Below, one piece after another: positions 46,524 to 55,089 of a stretch of 64,000 nt of DNA. The position numbers were made by a program, and so were the translations under genes. The stretch comes from Candidatus Cloacimonadota bacterium (GTDB lineage Bacteria > Cloacimonadota > Cloacimonadia > Cloacimonadales > Cloacimonadaceae), in contig JAJBAV010000013.1 in assembly GCA_020532085.1 (NCBI GenBank), positions 5,565-69,564 on the forward strand, read 5' to 3'. The stretch's first letter is position 1, and each line of letters opens with the position of its first letter. The notes below the pieces were generated by a model that saw nothing but the letters and a program-made list of their open reading frames with translations, was not told where the DNA came from and made no database searches.

Positions 46524-47000
46524 GTCATTCCGGGGAAAGGGAGGCTGCGTTGTTTGATCTGAGGACCCAGCCTTGCTGTCATTCCGGGGAAAGGGCGGCT
46601 GCGTTGTTAGTTCTGAGGACCCAGCCTTGCTGTCATTCCGGGGAAAGGGCTTCAGCCCTTGGGGCCCCGGAATCCAGGCCTGGCGGCAATAGCCAATCCC
46701 GCTGGCGTCGAGCGCAGCATCGACGGCAGCAATACTTCCTGTAGTCCATGCTCGTGCCTCGCTGGACTCCAGGGAAGGCCCCGGAATCCAGGCCTGGCGG
46801 GAATAGCCAATCCCGCTGGCGTCGAGCGCAGCATCGACGGCAGCAATACTTCCTGTAGTCCATGCTCGTGCCTCGCTGGACTCCAGGGAAGGCCCCGGAA
46901 TCCAGACCTTGCGGGAATAGCCAATCCCGCTGGCGTCGAGCGCAGCATCGACGGCAGCAATACTTCCTGTAGTCCATGCTCGTGCCTCGCTGAACTCCAG
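46524..47000. repeat. Two adjoining tandem arrays: 3 x 54 bp (46524-46660) and about 3 x 114 bp (46663-47000)
   Basis: The 54-bp units start at 46524, 46578 and 46632 (GTCATTCCGGGGAAAGGG..GGCTGCGTTGTT..TCTGAGGACCCAGCCTTGCT). The 114-bp units start at 46663, 46777 and 46891 (GGCCCCGGAATCCAGGCCTGGCGG.AATAGCCAATCCCGCTGGCGTCGAGCGCAGCATCGACGGCAGC...). Confidence 0.85.
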
Positions 47001-47065
47001 GCTGGCGCAACTTTTTCCCTCTTTCTCCCCGTCTCCCCGTCTCTGTGCCTCTGCGTTAAGATCCC

Positions 47066-47551
47066 TCACATCACCCTGTCCCACTGCTCATACCCTTTCA
47101 CGGCGTCCAACAGCCCCGCCTCCACGGCGCTTTTCACGGAGCGGCAGGGGAGGTCGTAAGTTTCGATGTCGGCGCGGCTGAGGCTTCTCAGGTCGATGGC
47201 GCTGAGCCCTTCCGCGGAGCCCAGGGGCGGGCCTTCCAGGCTGTAAGTTTTGGCCAGGTTCCACATCATTTTGGTGAAGGCGTTGTACCAGTTGTTCAGG
47301 GGCCGGCTGTAGTGTTTGGGAACGCGGTTGAAGCTGTCGCAATAGGCGGCCAGGTCCAGTTTGAAGCCATCCGTTGGCTGGATCAGCTTCAGGTTTGCGC
47401 CGATCGCCGCGAACAGCCGGTTCTGCTCCGTTTCCCGCCGTTTCACGTGCGGACGCGCTATCATCCGGTTCAGGCGCGGGTTGTAGTAATACACCAGCCC
47501 GTCACATTTGCCCCGGTAGGCCTGCAGCATGTTCTTGAAAAATACTTTCAT
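47066..47551 (-). CDS. Hypothetical protein, paralog A of the 61473-61925 gene
   Basis: 161 aa from MKVFFKN (GGAGGA RBS). Aligns along its whole length with the 150-aa product of 61473-61925. Confidence 0.65.
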   Translation of the reverse strand: MKVFFKNMLQAYRGKCDGLVYYYNPRLNRMIARPHVKRRETEQNRLFAAIGANLKLIQPTDGFKLDLAAYCDSFNRVPKHYSRPLNNWYNAFTKMMWNLAKTYSLEGPPLGSAEGLSAIDLRSLSRADIETYDLPCRSVKSAVEAGLLDAVKGYEQWDRVM

Positions 47552-47755
47552 GGTTCCTCCATTATTTAGGGGGAAAGCTAAGTTCCACCATCTTAAGAGG
47601 GTTACCAAAGCTGCTAACGTAATTCCGGCGTTTTGGAACATCCCGCCACCCCCAAAACCTTTCCCCATCAACCTTGCTCACTTCAGCCAGAAATGCTGTT
47701 GACAGGATATCCCCGCCGGAAAGATTATCCCCCCAGTGATCACAGGAGGTTCAAA

Positions 47756-49003
47756 ATGTCTGAGAATAAGCCAGATGACTTATCAAGAGATATACTCAAG
47801 GAAGCAGAAGATAGTTACAACTTGGCCTTGGAACTCCATTTGCAAACCAAACTATCAGCCGCTGACAAGTTATTGATCATCGATTTAATTGAAGATGCTG
47901 CCGATAAAGGGCTTAAAAGCGCACAGCGGTTCCTGGGGCTGGGGCTCATCAACGGAGATCTTTGGGATAAAGATTTTTACGAAGGCATCAAATGTCTTGA
48001 AACGTCTGTGGACCCAACCAATCCTGAACGCATGTATGAAATCGCCTGGTTATGTGAGAAAGGTGAACACGACCCCCAGCTTGCCGCCAAATGGTATGAG
48101 CGTGCTGCCTCTCTTGCGTATAAACCGGCCATGTTCAGATTGGCTCTCATGTATGAAAAGGGCATTGGCGTTACCAAGAACCACAAAAAGGCATTCTCCC
48201 TTCTCAGACAGGTGGTGCTTATAAATGACTATCGCTATCAAATGACCATATCTCGCTATTATTATGACCATATCGGGACCAAAAAGAACAACCTCGAAGC
48301 GTATATCTGGTCCTTGATAGCGCAAGCAAAATCACTCCCTAACACTCGCTTGGCTTATTTTGATGAACTGGAGGGCTCACTGTCGGAAGATGAGAGATCA
48401 ATAGCTCAGGATGAAGCAGAGAGGCGTTTTAGGATTCTGGAACAAAGAGAATTGACCGAAACGGACCTCCTCGAGTTCAACCCGGAACCGCCTGTGGTTA
48501 CCAAGGTGGCTCCGTCAGCCGCTACTGTGCAAGATGAGATTAGCCACATCAAGCCCGAACCCGCCGACGACCCCGCCCCCGATCCCGGTTTGCCCGCCCT
48601 GTTGAAGGACTGGAAGGTAGCCGGCGTATCCAGCCTCACTATCCACGTCAATCTCCGCGAAAAAACCGTTCGTATCGTTCACAGCCGCAAAAGCAAAACC
48701 CTCACCAACGCCGATTTCGCGCGCCTTTTCACCCGCTACGCCCTGCCCCTCATCGTGGATCATCACGAGTCACAGCGGAGTTCCAAACCGAAGGTGGATT
48801 ATGCTTCTCCCAGTCTCGCCCGGGGCGTTGACCTGACTTTGACCCGTCCCAACCACAAAACGGTCTCGGATGTGAATTCCAGGATTCGCTCTGTTTTCGG
48901 CCTGGGCAAGAAAGAACAGGCCTTCAAATGGATTAGCGCAAACCGACATGACACCAAAACCTTGAAGGCCAACATCAAAATAGAGGTCCATTATCTGAAG
49001 TGA
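47756..49003 (+). CDS. Sel1-repeat N-terminal domain protein with unknown C-terminal domain
   Basis: 415 aa from the ATG at 47756 (AGGAGG RBS). Sel1-like repeats (AAKWYERAASLAYKPAMFRLALMYEKGIGVTKNHKKA), then a Pro-rich linker and a basic C-terminal domain. Confidence 0.65.
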   Translation: MSENKPDDLSRDILKEAEDSYNLALELHLQTKLSAADKLLIIDLIEDAADKGLKSAQRFLGLGLINGDLWDKDFYEGIKCLETSVDPTNPERMYEIAWLCEKGEHDPQLAAKWYERAASLAYKPAMFRLALMYEKGIGVTKNHKKAFSLLRQVVLINDYRYQMTISRYYYDHIGTKKNNLEAYIWSLIAQAKSLPNTRLAYFDELEGSLSEDERSIAQDEAERRFRILEQRELTETDLLEFNPEPPVVTKVAPSAATVQDEISHIKPEPADDPAPDPGLPALLKDWKVAGVSSLTIHVNLREKTVRIVHSRKSKTLTNADFARLFTRYALPLIVDHHESQRSSKPKVDYASPSLARGVDLTLTRPNHKTVSDVNSRIRSVFGLGKKEQAFKWISANRHDTKTLKANIKIEVHYLK

Positions 49004-49202
49004 TTTTCCGTATCCGCCCTTTTCCGCGTGTATCCGCGTCTGTCCGGAAAGTTTTTTCCGGACTTTTTTTATTTCCTAACATTCTCTCCGTCAGATAGAT
49101 ACCGGTTTCCACGTCCGCGTTTTTTCCGCAGCCTTTCCATATGGAAACGGAGTAGGGTAGGCCCTCGTTCACGGGGGTACTACCAAAACAGGAGGTACAG
49201 CA

Positions 49203-50693
49203 ATGTACCACGCCACCACCCTTCAAGGCTTCGTCAGCGAAGCCAAGCCCACCCCATCCCGGAAGGTCGACCTCCCGGTCGACCAAAAGCCCACGGGGCT
49301 TTGCGAAGAAGAACCAGGATCGCCCCTCCGGAGAGAGGTTAACGAGGACGTTAACCTTCCGATGCCACCCACCCCACCCCGTCACCACGCCACCCCGCCA
49401 CCACCCCAAAACCCAATTCGTGCCATTCGTGTAATTCGTGGACAGCCCAACGCCGCCATCACCCGCCCCGTGACGGTCGGAATGGCCATCACAGCACCCG
49501 CCCTGATCGCCGAACGCGACGTCTCGTATGTGATGGATTGCGTGCGCGAGGGCCGCTTCGAGGGCAAAGACCTCAAGGCCCTCATCGTCACCATCCGCTC
49601 CCTGGCCGAACGCCAGGCCGGGATCGCCGCCGGGATGAAGAAGTCCCTGCCCTGGTTCAGCGGCTCCACCTTTCACCGCCGCCGCGGGAACGAGTTCTTC
49701 AAAGCCGCCTGGTTCATGGTTTTCGACCTCGACCACGTGCCGGATATCGAAGACTTGAAACACCAGGCCGTGGAGAAGCTGCCCTTCCTCCGCTACGCCT
49801 TCCAGAGCGTGCGCGACGGCGTGAAGCTTGTTGCCGAATTCGCCTCGCCCATTACCAAGGAAGACGATTTCCGGACCATCTGGAAGTACCTGGCCCTGCG
49901 CGTCGAGAAGGCTTTGGCCGTCAAGGTTGATTCCACTCCGGATCCCGCCCGCGCCTGTTTCCTTTCCTACGATCCGGAGTTGCTCACCAACCCCTCTTGC
50001 CGCCCCCTGGACCCGAAGAAGACGCTGCGGGAGGCCGAGGCCATCGCCGATCTGCTGCGGATTTTCCGCCCGGCCCCGCCCGTCATCCCAGCGCAGGCTG
50101 GGATCCAGAACCACCATCGCCCGGCCCCGCCCTGTCATTCCGGGGTGGGGGCTTCAGCCCCCGGGGCCCAGGAATCCAGACGGTCACACCAAAACAACTT
50201 CACATCCAAGTCGGGTTCGGCTCAGACGCAGTCTGGGTCGACACCCTCCGAGGACTATTCCCGCGAGGCCTGGATTCCGGGGCCCCTACCCCGGAATGAC
50301 AGAGCGGCTGTGCCTTCAGGTGAAACCGCCCGGGACGGTGTGACCCCCCTTCCCCGTGATGACGGGGCGGATGGATCTTCGGACCAACACCCCCCAATTC
50401 GTGGAATTCGTGTAATTCGTGGACAGAACCCCGACGACTACGAGAAGGCCTCAAAAGTAGTCCTAAAACTCGCCCAGAGGCAGATTCCCTACTCCGACTG
50501 GTATCGCATCGGTTTGGCCCTTTACGCGGGCTTTGGCGAAGCCGGAAGACCCCTCTGGGACCTCTTCCTTGCCAATCCCCACTACCGCGACACCCAGCGC
50601 GAACTCGACGCCAAGTGGAATTCCTTCCGCGGCGTGCGCGAGATCACCCTGGCCACGCTGTTCGAGATCGGAGGGCGTCATGGCTGCCAATAA
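49203..50693 (+). CDS. Primase-like protein (BT4734/VirE N-terminal-type domain + PriCT-like C-terminal domain), with repeat-derived inserts
   Basis: AGGAGG RBS. Central KKSLPWFSGSTFHRRRGNEFFKAAWFMVFDLDHV...VKLVAEF and C-terminal PYSDWYRIGLALYAGFGEAGRPLWDLF...AKWNSF. A family-1 repeat at 50132-50302 and IRxIRVIRGQ modules lie in frame. Confidence 0.65.
   Translation: MYHATTLQGFVSEAKPTPSRKVDLPVDQKPTGLCEEEPGSPLRREVNEDVNLPMPPTPPRHHATPPPPQNPIRAIRVIRGQPNAAITRPVTVGMAITAPALIAERDVSYVMDCVREGRFEGKDLKALIVTIRSLAERQAGIAAGMKKSLPWFSGSTFHRRRGNEFFKAAWFMVFDLDHVPDIEDLKHQAVEKLPFLRYAFQSVRDGVKLVAEFASPITKEDDFRTIWKYLALRVEKALAVKVDSTPDPARACFLSYDPELLTNPSCRPLDPKKTLREAEAIADLLRIFRPAPPVIPAQAGIQNHHRPAPPCHSGVGASAPGAQESRRSHQNNFTSKSGSAQTQSGSTPSEDYSREAWIPGPLPRNDRAAVPSGETARDGVTPLPRDDGADGSSDQHPPIRGIRVIRGQNPDDYEKASKVVLKLAQRQIPYSDWYRIGLALYAGFGEAGRPLWDLFLANPHYRDTQRELDAKWNSFRGVREITLATLFEIGGRHGCQ
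50132..50302. repeat. MITE/REP family 1 full copy inside the primase-like CDS
   Basis: CTGTCATTCCGGGGTGGGGGCTTCAGCCCCCGGGGCCCAGGAATCCAGAC...CCTGGATTCCGGGGCCCCTACCCCGGAATGACAG. By my boundaries it is 171 bp, a multiple of 3. Confidence 0.8.
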
Positions 50694-51006
50694 CAAAAAA
50701 CACGTTAAAACCGCTCCCAGCGGCAATTCCCGGGGTGCCCTCCGCCGTCTGCTGAAGAACCTGCGCCGCGGCCGCCTGCTTTGGAGGTTCGAGAGCTTCC
50801 GCGATTTCCGTGAGGTCATGGAGCCCGGCCTCCGCTGGAGCGACCTTCCCCTGGCGTTTTGGGAGGTGGAGCCCTGGACGTGCTGGATTGCCTTGAGACA
50901 GGTCACTGCGTGTCATTCCGGCCCCCCCGACCCCAACCCCGCGATTCGTGCCATTCGTGTAATTCGTGGACAGAACATTCGTGGTCAGGAGGAAGAAAAT
51001 GCGTAA
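50680..51006 (+). CDS. Small basic hypothetical protein (partly repeat-derived)
   Basis: 108 aa. The ATG overlaps the primase-like gene's stop region (GGAGGG upstream). The C-terminus is encoded by repeat modules, so coding status is uncertain. Confidence 0.3.
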   Translation: MAANNKKHVKTAPSGNSRGALRRLLKNLRRGRLLWRFESFRDFREVMEPGLRWSDLPLAFWEVEPWTCWIALRQVTACHSGPPDPNPAIRAIRVIRGQNIRGQEEENA

Positions 51007-52336
51007 GGAACTCCTCGAGCTCTTCGGCAAGAAGCCCTCCGTGGATCTGGACCTGGCGAAGATCCCGCCGGTGCTTCGCGATTACATCCGCATCACTTCC
51101 AAAAGCACGGACTGCCATCCCGGCCTGCTGGTCACCGCCTGGCTGCCCCACATCGCCGTGAATCTGGGCAACCGCGTCTGGATGCTCTCCAATTCCAAAA
51201 GGATCTATCCCAACATCTGGAGCTGCCTCCTGGGGCCATCCTCGATCTCGCGCAAAACCACCGCCCTCACCTTTGCCGGCTACACCATCGCGCCCCACGA
51301 GCAGATCTGCGCGGACCTTCCGCTGGATCTCTACGAGGCCAAGACCTTGGTGCTATCGAACGTGACCTATGCCAAGCTGCTCTCCCTGCTGGCGGCAAAC
51401 AGCTCCCGCGTGTTCGTCCACAACGAGCTCTCCGCCTGGCTGGCCGAGATGAACAAACACTTCAATTCCGGCTACAAACAGACCATCACCGAGCTCTACG
51501 ACGGCATCTCCAAGACCGTGAGCAACCTCACCGTCACAGAACGCATCCGTAATCCCGCGCTCAGCATCGCCACCGCCACCACCGAGGCCTGGATGTACCG
51601 CAACATCCGCGAGAATTCCGACCAACTGGGCGGCTTTCTCCAACGCTACATCTACTTTTTGGTGAGGGACATCAACCTCGACGACATCAGCCTCCAGACC
51701 AGGGAGGGCGAAAACCTGGAAGACTGCCTGGCCATCTACGACACCATCTTCAGGGTCTTCCGCGCCATTCCGGATTGCCACCGCCTCCGCCTTTCGGAAG
51801 CAGCCATCACACTGCGGAATGAAGTCTACCAAAGCCAGTACCGCGTCTGGTTCGCCACCAACAACGACGAGTTGATGAGCTACTTCACCCGCATCTACGA
51901 CGGCTATTTCTACAAATTCTGCGCCATCTTCACCCTGCTGGAAGCCTGGGAAGAGCTGGACGCCGCCATCAAGCGCGGCTGCTGCGAGAAGTTCTTCGAA
52001 CAGATCCGCGTCTCGGAGGAAACCGCCGCCCAAAGCCTCTATCTCTGCGACTTCTACTTCGCCAACACCATCCCCTTCCTGATGATCGTATGCGAACAGG
52101 ACAAGCTGGCCGGAGAGAGGAAACTGGTGGATTTGCTGGTGAACAAGTACAATGGCAAGGCCTTGCACACCACCCTGCTCAACTCCTCGCACATGAAAAA
52201 ACGGGAATTCAATGAGTGCGTATCCAGCCTTCTGGAGCGGGAAGCGATTATGGTTGAGGCCTACAAAATGAGCAATGGGAAAGTCGGAAAAGCCTATCAG
52301 GTATCCGAAATAATCAAATCATCATGGGATAATTAA
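50999..52336 (+). CDS. DUF3987-like protein (mobile-element replication/helicase-loader associated)
   Basis: 445 aa, AGGAGGA RBS. Pattern IPPVLRDYI...HPGLLVTAWLPHIAVNLG...LLGPSSISRKTTAL typical of DUF3987 proteins, which sit next to primases in integrative elements. Confidence 0.6.
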   Translation: MRKELLELFGKKPSVDLDLAKIPPVLRDYIRITSKSTDCHPGLLVTAWLPHIAVNLGNRVWMLSNSKRIYPNIWSCLLGPSSISRKTTALTFAGYTIAPHEQICADLPLDLYEAKTLVLSNVTYAKLLSLLAANSSRVFVHNELSAWLAEMNKHFNSGYKQTITELYDGISKTVSNLTVTERIRNPALSIATATTEAWMYRNIRENSDQLGGFLQRYIYFLVRDINLDDISLQTREGENLEDCLAIYDTIFRVFRAIPDCHRLRLSEAAITLRNEVYQSQYRVWFATNNDELMSYFTRIYDGYFYKFCAIFTLLEAWEELDAAIKRGCCEKFFEQIRVSEETAAQSLYLCDFYFANTIPFLMIVCEQDKLAGERKLVDLLVNKYNGKALHTTLLNSSHMKKREFNECVSSLLEREAIMVEAYKMSNGKVGKAYQVSEIIKSSWDN

Positions 52337-52348
52337 CAGCTGAAAGCG

Positions 52349-52375
52349 AGGGAGGGGCAACCCTCCCTTTATTCT
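52349..52375 (+). terminator. Rho-independent terminator after the DUF3987-like gene
   Basis: AGGGAGGG-gcaa-CCCTCCCT followed by TTATT. Confidence 0.7.
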
Positions 52376-52713
52376 ACCGACCGCAGTAGGTATAAAGTAG
52401 GTAGAGAGGCTTGTATCCCTTTAATGGCCTGTATTTCAAGGGGTCAGACTCACAAAAATCACCTCTCTTATATATACCAGCGCTTTATGCTGACATGCAG
52501 AATGCAGAGAGTGCTAACTAACTATTGTAGATATATATAGATATATATAATATATTATAGATTTATATTTTATTATATATTACATTACTTCCCTACCTAC
52601 TCTCACATTTCCAGATATAAGAGGACCGTTTTTTGTGACTCTGTATACCTCTAACACATATGCAGCCTTCATTTCAGGGCTCTCTACCTACTCTCTACCT
52701 ACTGCGGTAGGTA
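52375..52713. other. Large imperfect palindrome with AT-rich core and GTAGGTAGAGAG iteron-like repeats (candidate origin)
   Basis: Outer arms are TACCGACCGCAGTAGGTATAAAGTAGGTAGAGAGGC versus GGCTCTCTACCTACTCTCTACCTACTGCGGTAGGTA. Inner arms are CAGACTCACAAAAA..CTCTTATAT versus its inverse. The core at 52528-52590 is almost pure A/T. Confidence 0.55.
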
Positions 52714-53004
52714 GAGGATGGGAAAGAACTCGTGTGGATTTGTGAATGGTTAGCTGGAAAGGTAAGCCTTGTTCCCAGCAAGCTATGCCGGTCTCGCTGA
52801 TGTGATCCATTTCCCCCTCAATCGCAGAAGCCCCGCTCATCCCCAAGCAACGCCCAAGCCATGTCCGCAGCCGAACATGGGCGGGAGGTCAGTAGCGCGT
52901 GGGGAAGTCTTTCACAATCAAGGTGTGGCACAATAGTAGTGGTAAACACATAACGCTCATCCATGTTCAATTCGTTGCATTAACCCAGCCCTGAAAAAAA
53001 CATC

Positions 53005-53032
53005 TTGACACAATGTTGTCTTCACGCATTAT
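53005..53032 (+). promoter_or_regulatory. Possible sigma70-type promoter of the cargo lipoprotein gene
   Basis: TTGACA-N16-CATTAT, 22 nt upstream of the ATG at 53055. Confidence 0.3.
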
Positions 53033-53054
53033 GAAAATTAAGGAGTTTCAAGCT

Positions 53055-53438
53055 ATGAGTAAATCATTTCAATTGGTCTTGGCCACACTCTGCATGCTTG
53101 CTATGGCGGGGTGTGATCTGATTGGCGAACCTCAGTGTAAAATCCCTGAAATCGCTTTGGATGACGGCAAGATCATCATCGGGACGAAAACCTATGGCGC
53201 GGAAGTGGCCTATACGATAGGCTGGGAGGGAGAAGAGCCTCCGGACCCCAATACATCATCTTCAGTTTACACCGAACCTATTTCGCTATGGGGACAACCT
53301 CCAGCCATAGTGAAAGCCCAGGCTTACAAGGACGGATTTAGGAACAGCAGGATCGCTACAAAAGAACTTGACTTTGAGGAATCAGCGTTTATCGACACAT
53401 TGAATCTCCCCGTAGTCGACTCAGTTATGTATTGGTAA
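53055..53438 (+). CDS. Small lipoprotein (possibly a chitobiase/hexosaminidase C-terminal-like Ig fold)
   Basis: AAGGAG RBS and lipobox LAMAGC. The Y-T...P.P..SSSVYTEPI......VKAQAYKDGFRNS pattern resembles CHB_HEX_C-type domains (weak). Confidence 0.55.
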   Translation: MSKSFQLVLATLCMLAMAGCDLIGEPQCKIPEIALDDGKIIIGTKTYGAEVAYTIGWEGEEPPDPNTSSSVYTEPISLWGQPPAIVKAQAYKDGFRNSRIATKELDFEESAFIDTLNLPVVDSVMYW

Positions 53439-53499
53439 ACGCTGGTAGGAAATATGGATATCACAATACATACTAAATTTGTTTAACAGGGGGGATACA

Positions 53500-54234
53500 A
53501 TGCATATTCTCATTTCCTTATTGCCAGCTATTCTGATAATTGCTTTGTTCGTGATCATACTGACAAAGTATTCCAGGATAGCCAAGAGAACCAACTTGTC
53601 ATTAGGGCTTCAGGAACGCGCATCTCACGGAGAAGAGCAGATAAATGCTGAAGATTCAGAGGAAGGTCATACAGAGTTAACAAAAGAGGCGGTGGTGGAA
53701 TGTTATCAAATCAGACCATGGATCAGATATTGGGCCAGAATTCTAGATCTGTTAATCTTCCAAGTGGTATTTACTCTTCCAGCCACTTACTTTCTATTAG
53801 ACCCTGCTACCATGAATTCTTTAGAATATTCCCCTCTATTTTTCCCAATAAGTATTTTCTCTATGTTCGTTTTTTGCTTTTATCAAGCAGGAATACACAG
53901 TTTGTTCGGATCAACATCCGGAAAGGCACTTATGAAAATAAGTCTGGCAAACGCGGATGGAACTCCTATCTCCTTTAGGCAGCTACTAAAAAGGGAGTTT
54001 GGTGTTTATACTGCCGGCATGGCTATTGGAGTACCTTATCTTGGTGTTTTCTCAATGCTGTGGTCGATGAAGAAGTTGGCGACGACTGGAAAGACATTTT
54101 GGGATGAAGAAGGCAGCTTTGTTGTACGGCATCGTATTATAGGACTGAGGAGAATCATTGCATACATCGTTATCATATTCGCGATAATTATTGGAATATC
54201 TGTGTTACGTGTTTTAGCCACCAATGGCTATTGA
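53500..54234 (+). CDS. RDD-family membrane protein
   Basis: N-terminal TM helix, an acidic linker, then RPWIRYWARILDLLIF...GKALMKISLANADGTPISFRQLLKRE with 3-4 TM helices. Confidence 0.6.
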   Translation: MHILISLLPAILIIALFVIILTKYSRIAKRTNLSLGLQERASHGEEQINAEDSEEGHTELTKEAVVECYQIRPWIRYWARILDLLIFQVVFTLPATYFLLDPATMNSLEYSPLFFPISIFSMFVFCFYQAGIHSLFGSTSGKALMKISLANADGTPISFRQLLKREFGVYTAGMAIGVPYLGVFSMLWSMKKLATTGKTFWDEEGSFVVRHRIIGLRRIIAYIVIIFAIIIGISVLRVLATNGY

Positions 54235-54315
54235 TATCCCAAGATGTATTCATGGTGTCTTGTAGTAAAAACTGATTCGATGGATATACGAAAGAGTAAT
54301 AAAAGGGGTTTCGAC

Positions 54316-54999
54316 ATGATAGAAAAGAAGATAGTAGTTATTCTATTATGCGCTATTCTAAGCGCATACGCTGTTGGCTGCAATGCAATAAATGGGAGCA
54401 AGCCAGCGCGAAAAAGCGCCGCAAGTTACGATGGCTGGGTGACTGTCTCTTTGCCTGGCGTCTGTACCTTTCAATATCCTCCAACAATGGAGCTTGAGAA
54501 CGAAGCGCACAGGGAGTTCAAAGAGACGCTCGCCAAAGAGATTTTAAACGTCACCAGTGATCTCAGCCGGGTTGTGGTGCACCAACAGGGGCTCAACGAT
54601 TACGAAGGGAAAGCGTTTGACAGATATGCCAGGATTCTAGTAAACACGGAGCAAGTTAATGCAGGGGACTTTCCCTGTTTGGATGACAAGCTGGTGTTTT
54701 CAAAAGCCGAATTGGAAGAATTGAAAACATATTTTGAAGAAGGGATGGCACAACAAGGACCAACAATCCAGGTGCTTGAAATGTACCCCTGCGAGGTCGT
54801 AAACATCAATGGGACAGATGCTCTGAAAGTATCATATTTAAGAACAGGCCCGTATCAAAAACCAGTTTTTGTGACCCTATACATCTTCTACGATTACGAT
54901 CGCAGTTATACTATCACAACCTCGTACAGGGTATCAGAAGCCGATATCTGGAAATCTGACCTGGATAAAGTAATTTACACCGTCGAATTTGCTGAATAA
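54316..54999 (+). CDS. Lipoprotein, function unknown
   Basis: MIEKKIVVILLCAILSAYAVGC lipobox. About 227 aa. Confidence 0.55.
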   Translation: MIEKKIVVILLCAILSAYAVGCNAINGSKPARKSAASYDGWVTVSLPGVCTFQYPPTMELENEAHREFKETLAKEILNVTSDLSRVVVHQQGLNDYEGKAFDRYARILVNTEQVNAGDFPCLDDKLVFSKAELEELKTYFEEGMAQQGPTIQVLEMYPCEVVNINGTDALKVSYLRTGPYQKPVFVTLYIFYDYDRSYTITTSYRVSEADIWKSDLDKVIYTVEFAE

Positions 55000-55089
55000 C
55001 CCCCAAAACTGTCGGACAAAAACTCGGTTAGGGCAAGAAATCATTAGATCTGAGAGTCAGGCTCAAACAGCGATGATCTGAGCAGTTTT

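Noticed and set aside
46485-47159. Several 100-200-aa ORFs in multiple frames and on both strands across 46.5-47.1 kb
   Set aside because: They run through tandem repeats whose periods (54 and 114 bp) are multiples of three, so open frames persist by construction. The translations are internally repetitive.
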